The notes: generated from the letters alone by a model not told the origin. 64,000 nucleotides of DNA from an archaeon (GCA_043801855.1 JAZDLQ010000070.1:599-64598), one strand, 5' to 3'; positions 28,341 to 37,639 are shown, numbered from the stretch's first letter. Program-made: numbers and translations.

Positions 28341-29207
28341 ATGGCTAGGCAGGCTATTGTTGAAGGAAAATTCTACGAAAAGGATTTTGGCGCGCTCGAT
28401 AAGCAGATTACAGGGTGTTTTACTGGTGAAAAGGGCCCTGGTGAACTTCCGATAACAAGAGATGACACAAAAAAGATAAAGGCAATAATAGCCCCTCATG
28501 CTGGCTATGTTTTTAGCGGAAGTGCTGCTGCCTGGGCATATAAAGAAATTGCTGAACGCCATTTTCCAAAAACATATATTCTTCTTGGTTTCAGCCACGA
28601 TGGTGAAGATTCAGGAATATCGATTGAAGACTGGAAAACACCATTTGGCTTGATAAAAACAGATAAAGCGCTTGCAATGCACCTTAAAGAAAATACAAGC
28701 CTAAAAATTAACGAAACGCCGCATATTAGCGAGCATTCAATTGAGGTTCAACTTCCTTTTTTGCAGTTTGTAAGTAAAGATCAACTGGCAAACCTAAATA
28801 TTCTTCCTATATCAATTGACAGAGATATTGATTTTCGGACTCTGGGAGAAGAAATGTATAATGCACTAAAAGGAAAGGATATTGTTTTTATAGTGAGCTC
28901 TGATTTTACACACTACGGAAGAGGATATGGTTATGTTCCTTTTACAACAGATATTTCTGCAAGGCTTAAAGAAATGGATGAAAAGGCAATTGATTTAATC
29001 AAGTGGTTAAAAATTGATGAATTTGGTGATTACCTTAATCGAACACAAATAACAATCTGTGGTTATTATCCGATTTTATTACTTATGAAGATTTTGTCAA
29101 TGGAAGAAGATAAGCCCAAAGGAAGCCTTCTCATGTATTATACATCAGGAGAATTAACAGGAGATTATTCAATGTCAGTAAGCTATGTCAGCATGATGTT
29201 TAGATAG
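28341..29207 (+). CDS. MEMO1-family protein (AmmeMemoRadiSam system protein B)
   Basis: IAPHAGYVFSGSAAAWAY motif and overall length fit. Confidence 0.85.
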   Translation: MARQAIVEGKFYEKDFGALDKQITGCFTGEKGPGELPITRDDTKKIKAIIAPHAGYVFSGSAAAWAYKEIAERHFPKTYILLGFSHDGEDSGISIEDWKTPFGLIKTDKALAMHLKENTSLKINETPHISEHSIEVQLPFLQFVSKDQLANLNILPISIDRDIDFRTLGEEMYNALKGKDIVFIVSSDFTHYGRGYGYVPFTTDISARLKEMDEKAIDLIKWLKIDEFGDYLNRTQITICGYYPILLLMKILSMEEDKPKGSLLMYYTSGELTGDYSMSVSYVSMMFR

Positions 29208-29249
29208 TTTTCACAATCTTTATATTCTCTATTCTACTTTTAGGTTATT

Positions 29250-30437
29250 ATGTATAAATCCTTAGGAGATCTTGCAAGAATGCTTTTGCCGCTCTCAAGG
29301 CAAAAAGAGTATTCACTATTAAGAATTAAAGAGCTAAATAATGAAGAAAATTACAAAAAAGCAAAATTTCTGATTAAAACAGGAAAAGCAGATATAACTC
29401 TTGAGCGATTTAGCGTTTCTCCAAAAATAGCTGAAGAAACGCTTTATCCTTGCCTTAAGGTAAAAAGCAAGGATGATGAAGTTAAGCAATTTATTAAAGA
29501 CTTAAACACTGAACTTGAAAATTCAGTTAAAGAAAAAGCATTTGTTAGCTTTTCAAAGCATCCGGAAATCATTCTTGATTACATTGCTCCAAATATTTTT
29601 GGACTTGATTCAATTAAAGAGGCAGTTGCATTGCAGTTATTTTGCACTGAGCCTGTTCACATGCTTTTGCTTGGTGACCCTGGAACAGGTAAAACAGAGA
29701 TATTAAAGTCAGCTTCAGAGCTTCATCCGATTTCTTCTTTTGGCCTAGGTTCAGGCATTAGTGGCGCTGGCCTTGGAGTTACGGTTAGAGGAAATGAAAC
29801 AGTTCTTGGGCTCTTGCCAAGGGCAGATGGCGGTCTTTGTGCTATTGATGAACTCAATTTAATGAAAAGAGAAGAATATGCATACCTTTATTCTGCGATG
29901 GAAAAAGGATATATAACATATAATAAGGCAAATAAGAACTTAAATGTAAAAACAGATGTCAAAATTCTGGCAACAGCAAATCCTAAAGGAGATAAGTTTG
30001 TAGGATGGATGCTCGATACATTAAGGGATCAGATTCCTTTTGACTCTGCTCTTCTTTCAAGGTTCCATATTGTTTTTCTGATCAGAAAGCAAGGTGTTGA
30101 AGGATTTTTGCATATAACAAAAAAAATAGTATCCTGTAAAAAAGAGCCTGTAAATAATTCTGATATTATTTTTATAAAAAATTACATTGAGTCAGTTGAA
30201 GACATAAAGTCAGAGTTTCCTAAGGAATTTGAACCACATGTAGTTAATTTTATGAAATATATTAAGGAAAACGAAGACAAATTTTTAATTGAAGCAACAC
30301 CCAGGATAGTTGTCGGATTTGTCAGGCTTTGTAAAGCAAGGGCACGGATGTATAAAAGAGATAAGGCGAATCTTGAGGACGTCAAAAAAATAAAGGAAAT
30401 AATCGAGAAATCCCTCTTCATCAGGGAAAAAAGTTAA
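29250..30437 (+). CDS. Truncated MCM-like AAA+ ATPase (no N-terminal OB/Zn domain)
   Basis: LLLGDPGTGKT (Walker A), SGAGLGVTV, CAIDELNLM (Walker B), ILATANP (sensor 1), LLSRFHIVFLI (Arg finger) all follow the MCM pattern. Only 395 aa. Confidence 0.75.
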   Translation: MYKSLGDLARMLLPLSRQKEYSLLRIKELNNEENYKKAKFLIKTGKADITLERFSVSPKIAEETLYPCLKVKSKDDEVKQFIKDLNTELENSVKEKAFVSFSKHPEIILDYIAPNIFGLDSIKEAVALQLFCTEPVHMLLLGDPGTGKTEILKSASELHPISSFGLGSGISGAGLGVTVRGNETVLGLLPRADGGLCAIDELNLMKREEYAYLYSAMEKGYITYNKANKNLNVKTDVKILATANPKGDKFVGWMLDTLRDQIPFDSALLSRFHIVFLIRKQGVEGFLHITKKIVSCKKEPVNNSDIIFIKNYIESVEDIKSEFPKEFEPHVVNFMKYIKENEDKFLIEATPRIVVGFVRLCKARARMYKRDKANLEDVKKIKEIIEKSLFIREKS

Positions 30438-30477
30438 ATAGAAGCAAGTATTATCTAATTCTACTCGAGTAATTTAG

Positions 30478-30666
30478 CGGGAGGGGAGAGGAGCCATATG
30501 CTCTAGCGGTTATAACTATTCCGTTTTTTGAGCTTATGCATAAGTAAAAGCGATTGGGTGTGCAAGGGAACCCCAAATGCATGAGAAACTTAAGCTTACG
30601 CCAAAAAATGAGTCAGCCAAAGAGCAAAGCGCCTGCACGCGAAAAGCAAATGAGACACTCTTCCTT
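30478..30666 (+). ncRNA. Candidate structured non-coding RNA (identity unknown)
   Basis: A GC-enriched island between convergent genes in an AT-rich genome. Nested helices include G-U pairs that work only on the + strand. Followed by an oligo-T tract at 30661..30676. No ORF. Confidence 0.35.
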
Positions 30667-30690
30667 TTTTCTTTTTAATATGTTTCTTTA

Positions 30691-31131
30691 TTATTTATGA
30701 TAATTTTCATTATTTAATATTGTGAATCCTCTATAAATCTGTTCGCTTAGAAGAAGAAGCGCAAATTCATGCGTGAAAGTCATTTTTGATATCGAGATTA
30801 TTTTTGTTGCTTTTGCAAGTACTTCTTCACTTAGGCCGCTGTAGCCGCCAATCACAAAACACGCATTTTTTTCTTTTAATGTCTTTGCAAATTCTTCGCT
30901 TGTTAATTCAACTCCTTTTACATCAAGGCAATAGATTGGCGCATGTTTTTTAGAAAGCAAGTCAAGGATTCTTTTTCCCTCTTCTTTTTTAGCTTCATTG
31001 ACTTTTATTTTCTCTTCTTTAACTATACTTACTTCAAGTTTAGTGTATTTTGAGATTCTCTTGATGAATTCAGAAGTTAATCCATCAATGTTTGGATTCT
31101 TTACCTTTCCTACAGCTATTATTTTTATCAT
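30691..31131 (-). CDS. rlmH: 23S rRNA (pseudouridine-N3)-methyltransferase RlmH (SPOUT)
   Basis: 146 aa: MIKIIAVGKVK...FVIGGYSGLSEEV...SISKMTFTHEFALLLLSEQIYRG is the typical RlmH C-terminal knot. Confidence 0.85.
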   Translation of the reverse strand: MIKIIAVGKVKNPNIDGLTSEFIKRISKYTKLEVSIVKEEKIKVNEAKKEEGKRILDLLSKKHAPIYCLDVKGVELTSEEFAKTLKEKNACFVIGGYSGLSEEVLAKATKIISISKMTFTHEFALLLLSEQIYRGFTILNNENYHK

Positions 31132-31138
31132 CGTATAT

Positions 31139-31840
31139 CTAAATTGCTTTTTTCAAAACTTCTTTTATAGTAAATCCATAAATATCTTTAAAATTCTTTT
31201 CAAGCGCAACTCTATTTTGCACTTTTTTATATTCCTTGATAAGTAAAATAAGTTTTTCATGTCCATACTTTTCAATAAGATAGCCAACAAGCAATGTGCT
31301 TAAGACATACATTTGACTGTTGTATTTATTGTATTTGTCTTTTCTTGGTCTGTAAAGCAGGTAATCTTTTTTGTTTGTTGAATTTATAATCTTAATTTGT
31401 TTTTTGAAAAAGTTAATTATTTTTGTATCCATCATATACGTTGCATATCCCTCACACAACCAAAGCGGCTTGCTGTTCCCTACATATGTTATATAAAAAA
31501 TATGATTGATTTCATGGTCAAACAAGCTTTCAAAGCTTGGGTGTTTTGGGAGTTTTGTGACAGCTAATTTATCTCTTACTGATGGAGAAAAAAGGACAAA
31601 CTTCTTTTTCTTGTTAATAACCATCGCTTGATGCCAAATCTCAGATTTAATTCCTGAAAATTTATCAAACTCTTCTCTAGTATAGCAAACAATTATCTTA
31701 TATTTTTTCGGAATTATTTTAAAAATATTATAATACTTGTTTTCAGCTTTGTTTATTGCAGAAAACAGTTCTTCTATTGTCTTATCAGAATCCAAATAAT
31801 TTATCTCAAAAAATTTTGTTTTTTTAGTTATTCGTGCCAT
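31139..31840 (-). CDS. Peptidase MA-like (HExxH) domain protein
   Basis: HEINH zinc motif followed by WLCEGYATYM, as in the Peptidase_MA_2 pattern. Confidence 0.5.
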   Translation of the reverse strand: MARITKKTKFFEINYLDSDKTIEELFSAINKAENKYYNIFKIIPKKYKIIVCYTREEFDKFSGIKSEIWHQAMVINKKKKFVLFSPSVRDKLAVTKLPKHPSFESLFDHEINHIFYITYVGNSKPLWLCEGYATYMMDTKIINFFKKQIKIINSTNKKDYLLYRPRKDKYNKYNSQMYVLSTLLVGYLIEKYGHEKLILLIKEYKKVQNRVALEKNFKDIYGFTIKEVLKKAI

Positions 31841-31852
31841 TTTTTTTAGATT

Positions 31853-32515
31853 TCATTCTTTCCCAATCAAAAGTACAATCTCTCCTTTAATGTCTCTATT
31901 CTTAATTTTTTCAAAAACATCAGCGCTACTTCCACAAATAAATTCCTCAAACTTTTTTGTCAGTTCTCTAGCAATTACTATATTTCTTTCAGGCATTGCC
32001 TTTGCAAGCAATTCAATTGTTTTTTTGATCCTGTGCGGCGATTCATATACAATTATTGTTTCATCTCTTTTAGTAATGTTTTCGAAAAAATCATTTTTCT
32101 TCTTCTCTTTTTTTGGTAGAAAGCCGTAGAATGAAAAAGAATCAGTAGGAAGCCCGCTACATGATATTGCAGCAATTGCTGCGCAAGGTCCAGGAATTGG
32201 GCAGGCCTTGATTGAGTTTTTAACGCATTCTCTTACAAGATAAAATCCTGGGTCAGATATTCCTGGCGTTCCATTATCGCTGACAAGAGATATTTCCATA
32301 CCTGATTTTAGAAGTTCAACTACTTTTTTTGTTTTGTATAATTTATTGTTATCATTATAGCTTTCTAATTTTGCCTGTATACTATATTCATTTAAAAGTA
32401 TAGAAGTGCGTCTTGTGTCTTCAGCAAGTATCAGTTCTGAATTTTTTAATGTCTCAACAGCCCTATAAGTGATGTCTTTTAGATTTCCAATTGGTGTTGA
32501 TACAAGATAAAGCAT
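31853..32515 (-). CDS. rsmI: 16S rRNA (cytidine-2'-O)-methyltransferase RsmI-like (tetrapyrrole methylase fold)
   Basis: LYLVSTPIGNLKDITYRAVETLKNSELILAEDTRRT. Start trimmed to the ATG at 32515 to avoid overlap with the upstream gene. Confidence 0.85.
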   Translation of the reverse strand: MLYLVSTPIGNLKDITYRAVETLKNSELILAEDTRRTSILLNEYSIQAKLESYNDNNKLYKTKKVVELLKSGMEISLVSDNGTPGISDPGFYLVRECVKNSIKACPIPGPCAAIAAISCSGLPTDSFSFYGFLPKKEKKKNDFFENITKRDETIIVYESPHRIKKTIELLAKAMPERNIVIARELTKKFEEFICGSSADVFEKIKNRDIKGEIVLLIGKE

Positions 32516-32555
32516 TAATATAGAAAAAACGTCCTGTCTTTTTAATATTCGTATT

Positions 32556-32921
32556 TTATCCGGCACGCGTGCCATTTGGCACTTCTTTTTCAGGCATTGC
32601 AAGGACAGGTGTTATCTTATCAGTATATCCTATATCAAAAAGCATCCCTTCAGATAGAATGCCTTTTATTTTTCGTGGCTCGAGATTGACGACAAATAGC
32701 GCCTGCTTTCCCTCTATTTCTTTAGGGGTTTCCCGCTCTTTTTTCATCCCGACAACGATAGTGCGTTTGTGGTTGCCAAAATTCACTGTAAGTTTTACCA
32801 GTTTATCAGAATCAGCAATATCTTCTACTAATTCAATAGTGCCTACTCGAACGTCTATCTTTTCAAGCAACTCAAAATTTATTATTGGTTTGATTGGTGC
32901 ATTTGTCATTTTAACCTTCAT
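32556..32921 (-). CDS. tRNA-binding domain protein (CsaA/Trbp111-like)
   Basis: OB-type tRNA-binding pattern VGTIELVEDIADSDKLVKLTVNFG...GILSEGMLF. Confidence 0.8.
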   Translation of the reverse strand: MKVKMTNAPIKPIINFELLEKIDVRVGTIELVEDIADSDKLVKLTVNFGNHKRTIVVGMKKERETPKEIEGKQALFVVNLEPRKIKGILSEGMLFDIGYTDKITPVLAMPEKEVPNGTRAG

Positions 32922-32928
32922 TGATTTA

Positions 32929-33780
32929 TTATTTATTAAGAATCCATTTACATATCTCGCTTGCTATGAGGTTCTCAGTTCCGGAAAACCAATGGTTTGC
33001 ATCTTTTATCAATAAAGTCTCACATTTAGTTTTTTCTTCGAGTGCTTTAAGTTTGTCATTTGGATTCTTTTGATAATCATCTTTAGAGCCAAAAACTGCA
33101 AGAATTGGGATTTTTATGCTTTTTAATTCGCTTAGCTTGCCGTTTGTATGTATAATCCTTGCTGATGTGCTTGTTGGGTCACTCACTTGTATAAACATAT
33201 TTGCGCTTAGCATTGGATAATACTGCATCCATTGTGGGACAGGTTCCTGGCCTTTACCTTCACTTATCATGTCTTTTGCAATCTTTATTGCTTCATTATA
33301 TTTTTTCTTGTTAAACAGTGAACTTGCAAATTCTGCATCATCAACTGGAGCAAGCATTACTAAACACTTAATCCTGATGTCTTTTTGATTAAATACATAA
33401 TATACTATTTTTTGGCAACCTAAACTATGGCCTTGCAATATAAATTCAGAGTATCTTCTCTTTGTAAGAAAATCAAGTGCTGCATCAATATCATATATAG
33501 ATTCCTCAAATTTTTCTAAAGAGCCGCCTATTTTCTCTTTTTTTTTGTTTTTCAAAAATTCAGTGATTATTCCTGCTCCACGTGTATTAATAGTTAGAAA
33601 AGCAATATTTTTTTCTAATAAATATGCAGAAATCTTATCGATAAATCTGTTTTCATAAAAATTGCCAACCCATCCATGTATATGAACAACTGCTTTTGAA
33701 GATTTTATTTTTGGTTCAAATAGTAAACCTTGTAATTCAAGTTTATCCTTAGTATAAATCCTTACTAGCTCGCTTTGCAT
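32929..33780 (-). CDS. Alpha/beta hydrolase
   Basis: Nucleophile elbow GHSLGC, oxyanion-region HGW, C-terminal DANHWF (His). Confidence 0.7.
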   Translation of the reverse strand: MQSELVRIYTKDKLELQGLLFEPKIKSSKAVVHIHGWVGNFYENRFIDKISAYLLEKNIAFLTINTRGAGIITEFLKNKKKEKIGGSLEKFEESIYDIDAALDFLTKRRYSEFILQGHSLGCQKIVYYVFNQKDIRIKCLVMLAPVDDAEFASSLFNKKKYNEAIKIAKDMISEGKGQEPVPQWMQYYPMLSANMFIQVSDPTSTSARIIHTNGKLSELKSIKIPILAVFGSKDDYQKNPNDKLKALEEKTKCETLLIKDANHWFSGTENLIASEICKWILNK

Positions 33781-33790
33781 ACATTCTCAA

Positions 33791-34693
33791 ATGAACAAAA
33801 GCTATTTATATTTTATTCTATTATTAAATCATATGACTCAAAATCTTGAAAAAACAGCTACACCATGGAAAGGCATCGCAGATATGTGGAACACTTATTT
33901 CACTCCACCAAGTAGAATTTCAGGAGATGAAGTAAAAAAATACAGAGAATGGCTTAAAAGATTGAAAAGACCTGAAATGAAGGCGCTGGTTCTTGGTGTT
34001 ACTCCAGAAATTAGAGAACTTCTGTTTGCATTAGGTTATAAAATAACATGTATTGACATTAATCCAGAAATGATTAAGGCAATGGACAGTGTTATTAAAA
34101 CTAAAGATCCTAACGAAATAATAATAAACGAAAATTGGCTTGGTAATTCTATACCATCACATTCATTTGATATTGTTGTTGGAGATTGTGTTCTTGAAAA
34201 CGTCCTTTGGGAACAAAGAGATGAGTTATTGTTTGAAATAGTAAGAATTCTTAAGCCGAATAAATTATTTATTACTCGAATCTTTACAGTTCCTAGAAAA
34301 AAACCTTATAATAATATTCATGAAGTTTTAGAAAAATTCAGTGAAAAAGAACCCAATTACAGAAGTGCTCTCGAGTTTATTTTCGATCTTCAAATTTTGT
34401 TTTACACTGAAAGAGATCACAAGGGAACATTTTCAAAACCAAAAGAAGAGATTGAGAAACTTAGAGTAAATGGGCGCTTTAGTTTTAAGAGTGAGAAATT
34501 GAATAAGCTATTGGACTTGGTTTGGAACTTTTGGTGTCAAAAATATGTAAATAAGGTCTATTATTATCCCTATCAAGATGAAGAAGAAATAAGAGTGCAA
34601 AATTTCTTTAAAATTGAAGAAAAGTTTAATCAGGCACAAGATAATGAATATTCAAAATATACACCCATGTATATTCTAAAATTAAAATCTTAA
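33791..34693 (+). CDS. Probable class I SAM-dependent methyltransferase
   Basis: ALVLGVTPE...CIDINPEM...VVGDCVLENV...ILKPN resembles methyltransferase motifs I-IV. Alternative start at ATG 33833. Confidence 0.5.
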   Translation: MNKSYLYFILLLNHMTQNLEKTATPWKGIADMWNTYFTPPSRISGDEVKKYREWLKRLKRPEMKALVLGVTPEIRELLFALGYKITCIDINPEMIKAMDSVIKTKDPNEIIINENWLGNSIPSHSFDIVVGDCVLENVLWEQRDELLFEIVRILKPNKLFITRIFTVPRKKPYNNIHEVLEKFSEKEPNYRSALEFIFDLQILFYTERDHKGTFSKPKEEIEKLRVNGRFSFKSEKLNKLLDLVWNFWCQKYVNKVYYYPYQDEEEIRVQNFFKIEEKFNQAQDNEYSKYTPMYILKLKS

Positions 34694-34733
34694 TATTATA
34701 AGAAAAAATAAGCATTCTACAATCTATGACTGC

Positions 34734-34922
34734 TCAGCTCTTAAACTGGTAATGATACCTGTTTTCAGACATCTTATGCTTAACTGACCCTGTTTTTCTT
34801 AGCTTTTTTAGGTTATTTGTAACTGACCCAATAGATACCTTAAGCCCAACTGCAATCTGCTTAGAGGTAAACCACTTGGTCCTGAATTTTTTTAGAAAAT
34901 CGTATACTTCCTGTTGTCCCAT
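34734..34922 (-). CDS. Small winged-helix DNA-binding protein
   Basis: 62 aa. FTSKQIAVGLKVSIGSVTNNLKKLRKTG is an HTH recognition-helix pattern. Confidence 0.55.
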   Translation of the reverse strand: MGQQEVYDFLKKFRTKWFTSKQIAVGLKVSIGSVTNNLKKLRKTGSVKHKMSENRYHYQFKS

Positions 34923-35099
34923 CTTTTTAAATTTAAACTTGTTTTTTATTGTTATTCTCTTAGAGTTAATAAATATTTGTAGTAATTGTCTATTAGTAAA
35001 TATATAAACTAAAATATAATCTAAAATTTATCTTTTATCTATTATATATTTTAAATACATAATATTTATAAACGGGTGTTCTGTTTGATATATACTACC

Positions 35100-35130
35100 T
35101 GTTGTGGTTTAAATCAAATTAACCACAACA
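35100..35130. promoter_or_regulatory. Perfect 10-bp inverted repeat (candidate operator) upstream of nrdR
   Basis: TGTTGTGGTT-N11-AACCACAACA, located between an A/T-rich TATA-like stretch (GATATATAC) and the nrdR ATG. Confidence 0.35.
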
Positions 35131-35171
35131 TTTTGTGTTACTGATTAATAATAAAACTGTGCAACAAAAAG

Positions 35172-35633
35172 ATGAAATGCCCTTATTGTGGTTCAGATGA
35201 CTTAAAAGTAGTAGATAAAAGGACATCTGAAAATGGAGAATCGATAAGAAGGAGAAGAGAATGCAATAAGTGCCAGAAAAGGTTCACTACTTACGAGCGG
35301 ATTGCATCAGTTGATATTATTATCATTAAAAAAGACGGAAGAAGAGAGCAATATGACAGAAGCAAGCTTGAGCGAGGACTATTAAAGGCAGTGGAAAAAA
35401 GGCCAGTTAGCTATGACCAGATAAAAAAAGTCTTAGAAGACATTGAAGCGCAGTTAAGAGGGGGCGATTCCATCGAAATCTCAAGCAGGGATATCGGCTG
35501 GATGGTCATGAAAGAACTAAAAAAGCTTGATGAAGTTGCATACATAAGGTTTGCCTCTGTCTATAAGGAATTTAAGGATGCTGAATCATTCCAAAAGGAA
35601 ATCAGCAAGTTTATTGAGAAAAAAGTTACATAG
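35172..35633 (+). CDS. nrdR: Transcriptional repressor NrdR (Zn ribbon + ATP-cone)
   Basis: MKCPYCGS...ECNKCQKRFTTYERI, then an ATP-cone (IIKKDGRREQYDRSKL...). Confidence 0.9.
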   Translation: MKCPYCGSDDLKVVDKRTSENGESIRRRRECNKCQKRFTTYERIASVDIIIIKKDGRREQYDRSKLERGLLKAVEKRPVSYDQIKKVLEDIEAQLRGGDSIEISSRDIGWMVMKELKKLDEVAYIRFASVYKEFKDAESFQKEISKFIEKKVT

Positions 35634-35653
35634 TAAAAAAGGATGGGTAAAAG

Positions 35654-37630
35654 ATGGTTGAGACAAAAATTACAAAAATTAGAAAAAGAGATGGAAGAAT
35701 TGTTGCATTTAATCCTGAAAAGATAACTGAGGCAATATTTAAGGCAGCGCAGTCTGTTGGCGGAAAAGACAAAGAGTTATCTGTAAAAGTGACTGGTCAA
35801 GTAATAGATTTATTAAATGAAAGATTTAAAGATCACGGAATTCCAAGTGTTGAACAGGTGCAGGATATTATCGAATATGTCCTTGTTGAAACAGGACATT
35901 ACAGGACAGCAAAAGCATATATATTGTACAGGGCGCAGCACAAACGGGCGAGGGAAGCAAAAAACACAATGCTTGATGTCCAGAACACAATCTCAGATTA
36001 TCTTGAAAAAACACATTGGGATGTAAATGAGAATTCAAACGAACAATACTCTTTTTCAGGCCTTTTGTTATATACAGCAGGCAAAGTCATAAAAAATTAT
36101 GCTCTTAATTATATATATCCAAGAGAAGTTTCTGATGCCCATGAAAAAGGCTATATGCATGTGCATGATTTAAGCCATGCTGTTGTCGGCTATTGTGCTG
36201 GATGGTCACTTAAAAAGCTTCTTGAAAGGGGGTTTGGCGGCGTTAGGAATAAGACTGATGCAAAGCCTGCAAAACATATGGATGTTGTAGTGCATCAGAT
36301 GGTAAATTATATAGGCTGCATGCAGATGGAGTGGGCTGGAGCTCAGGCATTTTCAAGTGTTGATACTCTACTTGCCCCATTTATCAAAGCAGATAACTTA
36401 AGCTATAAGCAGGTAAAACAAGATATGCAAAAGCTTGTTTTTTCATTAAACATTCCATCTAGATGGGGTTCGCAGTATCCTTTTTCAAACCTTACATTTG
36501 ACTGGGTTGTTCCAGATGACTTAAAAAGTGAAAAAGCGATAGTTGGCGGCAAAAAGCAGGATTTTACATATGCCAACTGCCAGAATGAGATGAATATGAT
36601 AAATAAAGCATTTATTGAAATAATGCTTGAGGGAGACGCAAATGGCAGGCTTTTTACATTTCCGATTCCAACATACAATGTTACAAAAGATTTTAATTGG
36701 GATAGTGAAAATGCAACACTCTTATTTGAACTAACTGCAAAATACGGAAGCCCTTATTTTCAGAATTATGTCGGTTCAGGGCTTGACCCAAGATCAATTA
36801 GGGCAATGTGCTGCAGGTTAAATCTTGACTTAAATGAATTAATCCAGCGCCCAGGCGGAACATTTGCAATGGGAGACTCAACAGGCTCGATGGGCGTAGT
36901 TACAATTAATGTAAATCGGCTTGCATATGAATCAAAAACAAAAGAGGAATTTTTTGAAAAATTAAGAAATTATATGACTCTTGGCAAAACTTCTCTTGAA
37001 ATAAAAAGAAAACTAGTCCAAAAAAATATGGATAACGGACTTATGCCTTACACAAAAATCTATCTTGGAACACTAAGGAACCATTTTTCAACAATTGGCC
37101 TTTGCGGCATGAATGAAGCGTGCTTAAATTTTCTTGGTAAAGACAAAGACATAACAACTGATGAAGGAAAAAATTTTGCTATTGAAACATTAAAATATAT
37201 GAAAGAAGTATTAAAAGAATTCCAGGTTGAGACAGGTAATTTATATAATCTTGAGGCAACTCCAGCTGAAAGCACAGCATACAGGTTTGCAAGGCTTGAT
37301 AAGATACTTTATCCGCAGATTATAACTGCTGGAAAAGATGTGCCTTACCTTACAAATTCAACACAGTTTCCAGTAGGAAATACTGAGGATGTTATTGAAG
37401 CTTTGGAACACCAAAACGATATCCAGCCATTATATACTGGAGGAACAATGTTTCATGTCTTCTTAGGCCAGAAAGTGTCAAGCCCAGAAGCCTGTAAAAA
37501 ACTAGTTAAAAAAATAGCTTACAATACAAAGCTTCCGTATTTTTCAATAACTCCAACTTTTAGCATATGTCCGGAGCATGGCTATATAGCAGGCGAGCAC
37601 TTCAAGTGCCCATATGATTCATGTAATTAA
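35654..37630 (+). CDS. nrdD: Anaerobic ribonucleoside-triphosphate reductase NrdD, main body (ends at in-frame TAA)
   Basis: N-terminal ATP-cone (IRKRDGRIVAFNPEKI) and the class III RNR barrel, including the RAMCCRL thiyl-radical loop. Terminates at ...HFKCPYDSCN-TAA, before the glycyl-radical motif. Confidence 0.9.
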   Translation: MVETKITKIRKRDGRIVAFNPEKITEAIFKAAQSVGGKDKELSVKVTGQVIDLLNERFKDHGIPSVEQVQDIIEYVLVETGHYRTAKAYILYRAQHKRAREAKNTMLDVQNTISDYLEKTHWDVNENSNEQYSFSGLLLYTAGKVIKNYALNYIYPREVSDAHEKGYMHVHDLSHAVVGYCAGWSLKKLLERGFGGVRNKTDAKPAKHMDVVVHQMVNYIGCMQMEWAGAQAFSSVDTLLAPFIKADNLSYKQVKQDMQKLVFSLNIPSRWGSQYPFSNLTFDWVVPDDLKSEKAIVGGKKQDFTYANCQNEMNMINKAFIEIMLEGDANGRLFTFPIPTYNVTKDFNWDSENATLLFELTAKYGSPYFQNYVGSGLDPRSIRAMCCRLNLDLNELIQRPGGTFAMGDSTGSMGVVTINVNRLAYESKTKEEFFEKLRNYMTLGKTSLEIKRKLVQKNMDNGLMPYTKIYLGTLRNHFSTIGLCGMNEACLNFLGKDKDITTDEGKNFAIETLKYMKEVLKEFQVETGNLYNLEATPAESTAYRFARLDKILYPQIITAGKDVPYLTNSTQFPVGNTEDVIEALEHQNDIQPLYTGGTMFHVFLGQKVSSPEACKKLVKKIAYNTKLPYFSITPTFSICPEHGYIAGEHFKCPYDSCN

Positions 37631-37639
37631 AAAAAATGT

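Noticed and set aside
30478-30666. Calling the GC-rich RNA candidate RNase P RNA or SRP RNA.
   Set aside because: There is only loose resemblance to the CR-I/IV/V order. The universally conserved GGAAAGUCC block and the SRP helix-8 GGAA/AGCA motifs are not present. It is kept as an unnamed ncRNA candidate.
34923-35171. A canonical pair of 16-bp NrdR boxes (acaCwAtATaTwgtgt) upstream of nrdR.
   Set aside because: Only weak partial matches were seen by eye (for example GTTTGATATATACTAC). I could not support a proper tandem box pair, so I reported the perfect inverted repeat instead.
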